The notes beneath the pieces are model-generated. The model made no database searches. It was not told the DNA's origin and saw only the letters and a program-made list of their open reading frames with translations. A DNA stretch of 52,708 bases from positions 1 to 52,708 of the IMG/VR virus record IMGVR_UViG_3300012685_000003; one strand, given 5' to 3'. The position numbers and the translations under genes are program-made. Shown piece after piece: positions 7,646 through 15,521 of this stretch; position 1 is the stretch's first letter; every line of letters begins with the position of its first letter. This DNA comes from a virus. Lineage: Duplodnaviria > Caudoviricetes.

Positions 7646-7911
7646 ATGATGCCGATTTACAAGCTCATGTAAGAGAGATAGATAGCAAGTGTAAGAATCC
7701 AGAACTAAGAACACTAGAAGTGTATGAATATCTCAAGAAAAGTAACTTCACAACTTGGGACATTTGTTGCTTCTGTGTAAACTGGCTCGGTACTATGTCC
7801 ATTGTATGGCCTTGGTTACTTGAACCAACAAAAGTTCTCAGCGGGCTAGTTTATAGGGCACACTATTTCTTCAATGATAAAATTTTAGGCGAAGAAAGTA
7901 AATTGTCATAA
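7579..7911 (+). CDS. Hypothetical protein (true start may be downstream)
   Basis: ORF track. Confidence 0.55.
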   Translation: METSDRSDEPPAREIRPEPEKLNDADLQAHVREIDSKCKNPELRTLEVYEYLKKSNFTTWDICCFCVNWLGTMSIVWPWLLEPTKVLSGLVYRAHYFFNDKILGEESKLS

Positions 7912-8390
7912 TGGGAGACTTCCACAAGTGGCAACAACAAGTAAGAGAGTGGGAACGCGATGAAAGCAAGAAACGTGAAGGTTGGTGGAATGTTCATTCT
8001 AGTGGTAGCACTGGTAGGACTTACAATCTTACAAACGTTAAGATTAGAGTCTGCGCTAAATGCGGAACAAGAGATGGAAGAATACATAGACACCACAAGG
8101 GTCACGAATACTTGTGGGCAAGACTATTACCATCCAGATATGCCGCTCGTTACATTACTTTTAACAAAGATGATGTAGTATTCCTATGTGACAAGAATAA
8201 ATGTCACTTGAAAATTCACAAGTTATACGGCCCAAGGTTAAAAGAACTATGGCCACTACTAGAGAAACAAAACGGTGGAATTACATTTGAACAAGCTGAG
8301 AGGTTTAGATTAAAACTTGTGAGATGTTGTAATAACTGGCTAAAGAGAAAGAAGAATGTTAAGAGAGTATACAGGAGGAAAGCTAGTTGA
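7911..8390 (+). CDS. HNH-like Zn-binding nuclease
   Basis: CAKCG...IHRHH...LCDKNKCHLKIH. Confidence 0.55.
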   Translation: MGDFHKWQQQVREWERDESKKREGWWNVHSSGSTGRTYNLTNVKIRVCAKCGTRDGRIHRHHKGHEYLWARLLPSRYAARYITFNKDDVVFLCDKNKCHLKIHKLYGPRLKELWPLLEKQNGGITFEQAERFRLKLVRCCNNWLKRKKNVKRVYRRKAS

Positions 8391-8920
8391 GTTACGCCCG
8401 CTCTAAAAGAGCAGTAATTAAAGTAGAGATGATATTAAAACAATTACTTGAGGCTAAGGACGATCTTATATTTCAATCACTTGAACCTCAGAAGCTGGCT
8501 TATCATATCCACGAAGGAATGAGATCAGTAGCATTCTATCCAGAGTATTCACTTTACACAGAGTTGAGAGATAAGTTTGTTATTAGAGTCCGTTCGAATA
8601 AAGTTGTAGCGGAGCTTCGTAATAAGACAATAGTAGCATTAGCAACAGTGAGTGAACAACTAGGTAAAATGACAATAGTTGATGTAGATAATGTAATGAG
8701 TGTAATTGGAGCTTGTGTTAAGCATAAGGCAGGAGAGATGTATTTTCCAGCAGCTCAATTTAACGATACAATGCTAAGTGAGCTATATCAATGGAGTGAA
8801 CCTGCTGGATACTTTATCATTAATCATGGTGTTATGGGTATAACGTTAACCAGAGTTCATCCAGGAGAGATAAATTTCGTACCTAAAGTAAAAGAGAATG
8901 GTAATGTCCAAAACAGTTGA
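8387..8920 (+). CDS. Hypothetical protein
   Basis: 177-aa ORF with GGAGG RBS. Confidence 0.7.
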   Translation: MSYARSKRAVIKVEMILKQLLEAKDDLIFQSLEPQKLAYHIHEGMRSVAFYPEYSLYTELRDKFVIRVRSNKVVAELRNKTIVALATVSEQLGKMTIVDVDNVMSVIGACVKHKAGEMYFPAAQFNDTMLSELYQWSEPAGYFIINHGVMGITLTRVHPGEINFVPKVKENGNVQNS

Positions 8921-9107
8921 CAGACACGTCTCAATAGACGCAGATGATGCCAACTGGTTTAATGAGACATATCCCAAAGGTACATTTGGATGGTTGTTCT
9001 CTATGTTATTAAAAGAGTTTAGGAGAGCACATACAATGACTCCACAAGATTATGGTGCAATTGGAGCTAGAGAGTTAAAGAAAAAACTAGAGGAGAATGG
9101 AACATGA
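8898..9107 (+). CDS. Small protein, possibly ribbon-helix-helix DNA-binding
   Basis: N-terminal strand (RHVSID) followed by two helices; inference only. Confidence 0.4.
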   Translation: MVMSKTVDRHVSIDADDANWFNETYPKGTFGWLFSMLLKEFRRAHTMTPQDYGAIGARELKKKLEENGT

Positions 9108-9313
9108 TTAATTCTAATATACACGTAACTAATGCTACTGTATATGATTATAAAGAGTCATTGAAAATTGCAGCTAATGATTATCAATTTGCTGCTCTAA
9201 TTATGGCAGCAATGAGGAAAGCTGACAGTTGGAACCTAGCTAAGTTGAAAGTTGAGTGGCCAGAAATCTGGGAAAAACTACAAGAATTATATAACACACC
9301 TGGGATACTATGA
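9104..9313 (+). CDS. Conserved-type phage hypothetical protein
   Basis: FAALIMAAMRKADSWNLAKLK..WPEIW..L..LYN.PG pattern. Confidence 0.7.
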   Translation: MINSNIHVTNATVYDYKESLKIAANDYQFAALIMAAMRKADSWNLAKLKVEWPEIWEKLQELYNTPGIL

Positions 9314-9449
9314 TAACAGTCAAAGAACTCATCAATCGACTACAAAAATTCGATCAAGAAGCCATGTGTTATGCTTATGAGGGAGAGGCAACAGGCATTG
9401 TAATAGTTGACGAAGAAGGACATTCAATTGATTTTATTGAGGCAAAAGA

Positions 9450-9761
9450 ATGACCTTTACACTTAACTCCATCGAACGAGTAGAAATAGAAGAAGCATTC
9501 TCCAAAATGTTATGGTTAGATAAAGCTATCATAGAGTTGAAATATATTATCTCGCAAGAGCCAGATGTTAATATGAAGAAGATGTTAGAGATAGCTCAAG
9601 CTAGACTCCACAGAGAAATGAATGATGGATGGCTTCATCTTTGTAGAGTTGTTAAGAAGTATACGGAGCCTCCTTATGTAGAAATAAAGAATGTAAATGT
9701 TAATACAAGTGATGTTCCAACTATTGATCTATACACAGCTCAATATGAAAGTGGTAAATAA
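9450..9761 (+). CDS. Hypothetical protein
   Basis: ORF track, coupled to neighbours. Confidence 0.6.
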   Translation: MTFTLNSIERVEIEEAFSKMLWLDKAIIELKYIISQEPDVNMKKMLEIAQARLHREMNDGWLHLCRVVKKYTEPPYVEIKNVNVNTSDVPTIDLYTAQYESGK

Positions 9762-10676
9762 GTGGAAATAATCCAAGCACCCATTAAAAAGTTCATGACT
9801 AAATATGAGCGTTATGAGCCTCGCATACGTGACCATACAGCCCTAATAACAGCTAAAACTTGTTTAAGAAAATATTTCCTGAGTATAGTGTTAGGGTTCC
9901 GCCCGAAGAAAACTAAACAATACTTTGCGTTCGGTGCAGCTTATCATCATTTCAGGGAGATATTACAAAAGAGTAATGGTGATGTTCAAGTTGCACTAGG
10001 AAGTGTAATCAAGTATTGGGCTAAGAATGGAACTGAACCACAGCCCGGTACCCAGTACGACTTCTTAACTGGTGGTAGACTACTAGCAAGTTGTAATGTT
10101 GCCTACCAACACATAAAAAAGATCGAATTAACTGGCCAAATTCAAATACTCCAAGCGGAACAAGTGTTCCAGGTAATGTTATCTGATGGAAAAACAGCAA
10201 TCGGTGGTCGTGCAGATCAAATTGTTAGATGGAATGGTAAGTTGTGGGGAGTTGATTTCAAAACTTCGTCAAAGATGGGACAATTCTACGAGCGTACACT
10301 CGAACCAAATAATCAGTTTACTCTCTACACTCTTGCAGAATCAAAACTTCATGGTGAGCGTGTTCTTGGACAACGAGTTGAGGTATTGTATAACACTAAA
10401 AAAGAAGGACCAAAGATAGTTACGTTAATGACTCAACGTACAGAAGATCAATTGCTACGTTGGGAACAAGAAACAATTTGGTTTGAGAATAATATATTAA
10501 GTAAATGTAGGGATGAAGATATGTATCCAATGGAAGAATCACAATGTCCATTTTGTCCATTCCACAGTGTATGTAAGCAACCTACCGAAGGTGCAATGAT
10601 GGCTCAGTTGGAAACTCATTTCACACAGGTTCCTTGGGATTATTCACAACCAAGTGGAGAGGAGGTTAGTGAATGA
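9762..10676 (+). CDS. PD-(D/E)XK Cas4/RecB-like exonuclease
   Basis: C(LRKY)...GAAYH...E...GRAD...DFKT...CPFCPFHSVC. Confidence 0.88.
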   Translation: MEIIQAPIKKFMTKYERYEPRIRDHTALITAKTCLRKYFLSIVLGFRPKKTKQYFAFGAAYHHFREILQKSNGDVQVALGSVIKYWAKNGTEPQPGTQYDFLTGGRLLASCNVAYQHIKKIELTGQIQILQAEQVFQVMLSDGKTAIGGRADQIVRWNGKLWGVDFKTSSKMGQFYERTLEPNNQFTLYTLAESKLHGERVLGQRVEVLYNTKKEGPKIVTLMTQRTEDQLLRWEQETIWFENNILSKCRDEDMYPMEESQCPFCPFHSVCKQPTEGAMMAQLETHFTQVPWDYSQPSGEEVSE

Positions 10677-11011
10677 GCTTTAGATTACGTCCCATTAGCG
10701 ATAAAATTGTAATAGAACAATTTAGCGCAGAAGATGTTTCAAAAGGTGGTATTATTATTCCTGACACGAATAAGGATAAACCACTTGTAGGAAAAGTGTT
10801 AGCAGTTGGTCCTGGTAGATACTCAGAAGTATTAACAGAAGGCGATAATTTTATACCAATGGTAGTTAAAGAAGGTGAGATAGTATTCTTTGGCAGATTC
10901 GCAGGTGTTCATATTGAGTTAGATGGTAAAGAATATTTAGTAGTCCGTCAGGACGACGTGTTAGTAATCGACGATAACTATGGAGGAAAAAGTGGACTCA
11001 AAGCCAAATGA
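10673..11011 (+). CDS. groES: Co-chaperonin GroES (Cpn10)
   Basis: LRPISDKIVI...SKGGIIIPDT.KDKP..GKVLAVGPG...VKEGE.VFFGRFAG..IELDGKEYLVVRQDDVL. Confidence 0.95.
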   Translation: MSFRLRPISDKIVIEQFSAEDVSKGGIIIPDTNKDKPLVGKVLAVGPGRYSEVLTEGDNFIPMVVKEGEIVFFGRFAGVHIELDGKEYLVVRQDDVLVIDDNYGGKSGLKAK

Positions 11012-11411
11012 TGATTTAATACATAACAAGGAGAAAGTTAGTACATCTATTGATCCCGCTGCTCTTAAAGCCGATCCTAGACCAATTGTAGAAGTCCCTA
11101 AAGGTCACGAACAACCTAAGTGTCAACTTCAAATAATGTGTGAACATGGTGTTGGCTTTCAGACACGTACTCCACTATCAGCAGATCAAATTATAGCTGA
11201 GATTGAAACAAATGGTGGAGTTGGTAGAATTGGTTTTGCTCTCATTCCAACACAACCAAAACCAGATCAAGTTGCTGAGTTGTTAAGAGTTAATAGACAG
11301 AAAATTATAGGTTATTTGATTACGGTACTTGGAGAAGGTGGTAACTCACGTGTTCCACTAATTCACTCACCTAGTGATGAAGCAGTTATGAAGTTAGGAA
11401 CTAAGAGGTAG
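10980..11411 (+). CDS. Hypothetical protein
   Basis: 143-aa ORF in operon. Confidence 0.65.
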   Translation: MEEKVDSKPNDDLIHNKEKVSTSIDPAALKADPRPIVEVPKGHEQPKCQLQIMCEHGVGFQTRTPLSADQIIAEIETNGGVGRIGFALIPTQPKPDQVAELLRVNRQKIIGYLITVLGEGGNSRVPLIHSPSDEAVMKLGTKR

Positions 11412-11418
11412 TGTCAAA

Positions 11419-12324
11419 GTGACACACGTTGTAACTCCCGTTAGCAACTTACCAGCACCTGCTCCATTTAATCGTTTAGCTGAGTTAAAGTCAGGTGAAA
11501 GTATAATTGGTATGATTTATGGTGGTGCAGGTAATGGTAAGACGTGGTTCCTAGGAACTGGTGGAGATAGAAACTTAATTATCGACACTGGTGATACAGG
11601 AATGGAAACACTTAAGAGTAAGTTATTCAAAGAGAAAGTTGGATTTAACCCAATTATAGTTAGTGTTGGTGAGAAGCTAGACGCCCGTGGTAACGTAGAT
11701 ATATCTACTGCGTTTGATGCTGTATGTGACATTATTGATTGGGCCATAGCTAACAAGCGTTCTGAGTTTGATATCATATCTATCAATGATGTGACTCAGT
11801 TACGTCAGTTTGCTATGAACAAGGGACTAGAAGCTAATGCTAAGTTAGGTAAGTCCCAAAGTAAGAAACGCTCAATAGAAGTAGACGCAGTAGATTATGC
11901 TGTTCAGGATTATGGAATGGAAATGAGTTTGATTGACAAGTTTGTAGCAGGTACTAAATCTCTATGTATCAAACATAATATCCATTTTATAATGGCAGCA
12001 CATGAACGTATTACGTTCAAACAACCTCGTGACGCACAAGGTAGAATTATCATTGGGGATCAACCTGTTATTGTAGATGTTCGTCCAGGGTTTAGAGGAA
12101 GAACATTCCCCGATGACATATCAATGTATTTTGATTTGATATGGCATTGTGAAGCGGTTGGAAGTGGTGACGTAATAACTTATCGTGCTCGTACTTCAGG
12201 AGGGGAGGATATTACCGCACGTACTAACTTCGGGGGTCTCTTTCCAACTATTATAAAGAATCCCCACTTATTACAGACAATCGAATTAATTCAAAACTCA
12301 CGTAAACATCCAGATAAGAAGTAA
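11419..12324 (+). CDS. Sak4-like/AAA_24 P-loop ATPase (recombinase)
   Basis: YGGAGNGKT Walker A, IMAAHE; lies between the exonuclease and the SSB candidate. Confidence 0.8.
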   Translation: MTHVVTPVSNLPAPAPFNRLAELKSGESIIGMIYGGAGNGKTWFLGTGGDRNLIIDTGDTGMETLKSKLFKEKVGFNPIIVSVGEKLDARGNVDISTAFDAVCDIIDWAIANKRSEFDIISINDVTQLRQFAMNKGLEANAKLGKSQSKKRSIEVDAVDYAVQDYGMEMSLIDKFVAGTKSLCIKHNIHFIMAAHERITFKQPRDAQGRIIIGDQPVIVDVRPGFRGRTFPDDISMYFDLIWHCEAVGSGDVITYRARTSGGEDITARTNFGGLFPTIIKNPHLLQTIELIQNSRKHPDKK

Positions 12325-12349
12325 TTCGATAACTCAAAAGGAGCCTAAA

Positions 12350-12820
12350 GTGCCTAGGTATGACGCGGACCCGACTTCCCTGACAGCAGTTATCGCGGTA
12401 CTGGACAAGGGAGAATATGAGTTGTTAATTGGAGAACCAAAGGGATTCGAGAAAGCAAAGAAGAACGCTGCACCTGGTGATCCTCTTACTGCTGGTGTCC
12501 GTTATCCACAGACTGTTGCAGAAGGCCCTGAAAAGGGAGCACGCACGTTTTACACTTGTTACATTCACACTCCTGACGCATTAGCTTTCGCCAAACAATA
12601 CGTAATGACAGCGCTTGGTTTTCATCTAACTAAAGAGGACGAGAAAAGGTTTAACGATCAATACCGTGGTAGCGATTGGAGTGTTGATCCTGAGTCTGGT
12701 GGTGTTGGTGACGTTTGGCGTGAAGTTACTGGTAAGCGTGTTATTGCAGTTGTTGATACCACACTTGCTGACGATGGAGTTACCTTGCAACAGAAATGGA
12801 TTAAGTTTCGTCCCGTATAG
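12350..12820 (+). CDS. Putative ssDNA-binding protein (DUF669-like)
   Basis: Position after Sak4; LDKGEYELLI N-terminal pattern; beta-rich. Confidence 0.55.
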   Translation: MPRYDADPTSLTAVIAVLDKGEYELLIGEPKGFEKAKKNAAPGDPLTAGVRYPQTVAEGPEKGARTFYTCYIHTPDALAFAKQYVMTALGFHLTKEDEKRFNDQYRGSDWSVDPESGGVGDVWREVTGKRVIAVVDTTLADDGVTLQQKWIKFRPV

Positions 12821-12876
12821 TAAACTACACTCAGAGTTCTTACATTACTATTCTGAGGAAATAGATTATTAGCAAT

Positions 12877-12968
12877 GTGGCCTAGTGTGACATTCTAGCT
12901 TCCCTCTTGAATCGAGTTGAATGCTAGATGTTATGGAGGTTCCGGTGAACATAACTTCACTAGGTCAC
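12877..12968 (+). ncRNA. Structured intergenic RNA
   Basis: Closing stem gtggcctagtg/cactaggtcac; inner tctagc/gctaga stem. Confidence 0.45.
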
Positions 12969-13104
12969 TTTAAATTTAACTAAGAGGAATTATGAAATAC
13001 CGAATCATTAAAACGTTAATTATCTTGATGGTTATAGCGGGCTTCCTCATAGAAGCTAAACTATTCCTAGTTGTATGTAACTGGATGGGAACAGAGAGTG
13101 GTAG

Positions 13105-13290
13105 TTGCTAATGACTGATAAAACATTTTTCAATTGGATTTACAAATATGCGGAAGCTGTTATGGAACTAAGTTGGGTAGGTAGTATTGGCAACGCAAGT
13201 ATGGAAGTAGAAGTAAAAGCGCATTGGCTTAAACAAAAGAGAAATGCACTCAAGCACATTAAACAAGCTCTCGATGATTTGGTGAGTTAA
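13105..13290 (+). CDS. Hypothetical protein
   Basis: ORF track. Confidence 0.55.
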   Translation: MLMTDKTFFNWIYKYAEAVMELSWVGSIGNASMEVEVKAHWLKQKRNALKHIKQALDDLVS

Positions 13291-13292
13291 CT

Positions 13293-13532
13293 ATGCGCCG
13301 TAGACTTAAATGGATTCAAATTGCTCATAACGATTATCGTCTTATGCAAACTGCTCGTGGAGTTAAGATCAAACGTGATCTTCCTACAGGTACAACAGTG
13401 TATTTAGGGTCTCGCGGTAGCATTAAACCAATGCCAAAACCTTTCGGAGTAGTAGCAACAAAAGAAATAGCTGCTGCTCTTAACAAGAGTATGTATAAAA
13501 AATACGGACCTAGTTGGAGGGAGCGATGCTAA
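13293..13532 (+). CDS. Basic hypothetical protein
   Basis: ORF track. Confidence 0.6.
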   Translation: MRRRLKWIQIAHNDYRLMQTARGVKIKRDLPTGTTVYLGSRGSIKPMPKPFGVVATKEIAAALNKSMYKKYGPSWRERC

Positions 13533-13865
13533 ATGACTAAAGACCAAGTATCACAGTTAATGGGATTAATGTATGATGAAGAAAGTGAAACAAGAGAAGC
13601 CGGCCAGAAAGAATACGCACATGGTGATGATAATGCTTTTAGTAATTTCGAACGATTAGCCGCTCAACTTAAAGTTGATCGTAAGTTAATATTATGGGTT
13701 TACTTACAGAAACATTTAGATGGTATTTTAGCTTACATAAATGGCCACGTAAGCCAACGTGAACCAGTACAAGGTAGGATTAAAGATGTACGTGTATATC
13801 TCACACTACTACGTGGTATGATAGATGAAGAAGAGAATAAGGTAGGTTATGTACTACGCACCTGA
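13533..13865 (+). CDS. All-alpha protein resembling DUF1599/Nmad1 (nucleotide-modification-associated, MazG-like superfamily)
   Basis: KEYA..D.AFSNFE...KHLD.I...EP..GRIKD..VYL pattern. Confidence 0.55.
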   Translation: MTKDQVSQLMGLMYDEESETREAGQKEYAHGDDNAFSNFERLAAQLKVDRKLILWVYLQKHLDGILAYINGHVSQREPVQGRIKDVRVYLTLLRGMIDEEENKVGYVLRT

Positions 13866-14121
13866 ACATCCCATTGATGATCCTTACTTTGGTAAAGATA
13901 GTTATGATGGTGTTGATATTCGCAAAGCTAGAATTTATCATCCTGATGAATTACCATTCTGGCTAGCAATTGGTCCAATTTGCTGGCGGGCTACTTATCG
14001 TAAAGGTTATAGATACTTTCCTAAAATGGTAATAGATGTGCAACCGGGACCGATTTTTCCAGGGAAACTATCTTATCTTAAAGAAGCAACAGGTGAATTC
14101 ACCGAATATCCAAGTGAATAA
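13849..14121 (+). CDS. Hypothetical protein
   Basis: ORF track. Confidence 0.55.
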   Translation: MYYAPEHPIDDPYFGKDSYDGVDIRKARIYHPDELPFWLAIGPICWRATYRKGYRYFPKMVIDVQPGPIFPGKLSYLKEATGEFTEYPSE

Positions 14122-14125
14122 AATA

Positions 14126-14207
14126 GCCCTCATGGTGAAACTGGCAAACACATGGCGCTTAAGACGCCACGGCGAAAGCCTTGGAGGTTCGAGTCCTCTT
14201 GAGGGCA
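14126..14207 (+). tRNA. tRNA-Leu(UAA)
   Basis: gccctca/tgagggc+A acceptor; tggcg-cTTAAga-cgcca anticodon arm (anticodon TAA); long variable arm ggc-gaaa-gcc; ggagg-TTCGAGT-cctct; CCA not encoded. Confidence 0.93.
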
Positions 14208-14208
14208 T

Positions 14209-14544
14209 ATGAGTAAATCGACAACTTGGATTCATCCTTCTGGAAGTAAACTTACTATCACTTACGCGGAGCCACAAATGCCAAGAGAAAAGAGATTAAA
14301 GAGTAAGCCCTCTATAAAAGTTAACAAGACTTATGCTGATCCGAAGATAGTAGAAGATTTAAGAGTTCCAGCACCAATGTCACCACCTCCAGTTAACACA
14401 TTCGGAGTTGAGCCAACTAACTATCACGCCCGTCGTATAGTTTCACTTGGAGCAGCCAGGTTAATTGAAGCAGCAGAGGAATATGAAACATTAGCAAGAT
14501 TATTAAGGAATACTGCTAACACTTTAAATAGAGTTCATGAGTAA
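14209..14544 (+). CDS. Hypothetical protein
   Basis: ORF track; start uncertain. Confidence 0.55.
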   Translation: MSKSTTWIHPSGSKLTITYAEPQMPREKRLKSKPSIKVNKTYADPKIVEDLRVPAPMSPPPVNTFGVEPTNYHARRIVSLGAARLIEAAEEYETLARLLRNTANTLNRVHE

Positions 14545-15051
14545 ATGTTAAGATTACCTCCCAAGAAAATAGCAGTAACTCAAGAAATACTAAATAGATT
14601 TTGGGCTAAAGTCAACAAAACAGAGACTTGTTGGTTATGGACTGGCTCTAAAGGCAGAAATTCGTCTGGTCTTTATTATGGCTACTTTAGATTATTCGGT
14701 TACGTCGAAAGAGCCCATAGAGTTTCGTTTTTTATAACTTATGGCGATTTTGACTTTACACTTTGTATTTTACATAGGTGTGATACCACATTATGTGTAA
14801 GACCAGAGCATCTATTTTTAGGTACAGAGAAGGATAATTCAGACGATATGATAAGTAAAGGTCGCAGAGGATATAGAAGTTTGGAACTAACATCAACGCA
14901 GATTGATGAAATAATAACTAGACATAACAATGGTGAGCCAATAAGAGAATTAGCTTTCAAACTAAAACTTGGTTATGGTACGGTTTGGTCGATAGCTCAT
15001 GGTAAATGGAATCCAAAAAGAAAGACTAAATTGATTGGTGAACAACTATGA
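14545..15051 (+). CDS. HNH homing endonuclease (HNH_3 type) with C-terminal HTH
   Basis: RFWAKV..CWLWTG..YGYF..RAHR..LHRCD..CVRPEHL..GT..DN..DM..KGR. Confidence 0.92.
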   Translation: MLRLPPKKIAVTQEILNRFWAKVNKTETCWLWTGSKGRNSSGLYYGYFRLFGYVERAHRVSFFITYGDFDFTLCILHRCDTTLCVRPEHLFLGTEKDNSDDMISKGRRGYRSLELTSTQIDEIITRHNNGEPIRELAFKLKLGYGTVWSIAHGKWNPKRKTKLIGEQL

Positions 15052-15521
15052 TAAGGTTGCCTCCTAGAAAGGTCGCTTGCACGCCACTTTTCGACACACT
15101 TAAATATGGTTCATTACATATTCCAGAAACAGCTAGAGAAAGAGTCGATCAAGGAATTATCAAATATCAAGGTGTAAATTGTAAATGGACAGGAATAGGA
15201 GACCATGTTACCTTCTCAGGATACACTGGAACTTTATTGTCCCTTGAGGGAGAAGGATTACTTATCGTATTACCTGAAGAATTTGTTGTCGGAGTTATCG
15301 AATATGACTCAACTGATGTTGCGAGAATTGAAATCCCCGGATTGTTTTTTAAAGGAACAGATGGAGAAACATTTAGTGCTACATATGAAATGGCCGTTAA
15401 TCTATTGGCTAAAGGAATAGAAGATAGCACAGTATGGAGTAAGTTAACTGGTGATAAGCATAGGAAGTGGAAAATCCACGAACAGAGACCAAAGGTTAGC
15501 GATTATGATAGGTTACGATAG
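15048..15521 (+). CDS. Divergent GroES-like protein with ~70-aa C-terminal extension
   Basis: GSLHIPETARERVDQGII..G....IGDHVTFSGYTGT.LSLEGE.LLIVLPEEFVVGVIE aligns by eye to the Cpn10 consensus. Confidence 0.75.
   Translation: MIRLPPRKVACTPLFDTLKYGSLHIPETARERVDQGIIKYQGVNCKWTGIGDHVTFSGYTGTLLSLEGEGLLIVLPEEFVVGVIEYDSTDVARIEIPGLFFKGTDGETFSATYEMAVNLLAKGIEDSTVWSKLTGDKHRKWKIHEQRPKVSDYDRLR

Noticed and set aside
9762-10676. cas4 as part of a CRISPR-Cas system
   Set aside because: No other cas genes or array; the exonuclease-Sak4-SSB context indicates phage recombination.
14068-14277. Minus-strand ORF containing GLEPPRL
   Set aside because: Typical antisense translation of a tRNA gene.
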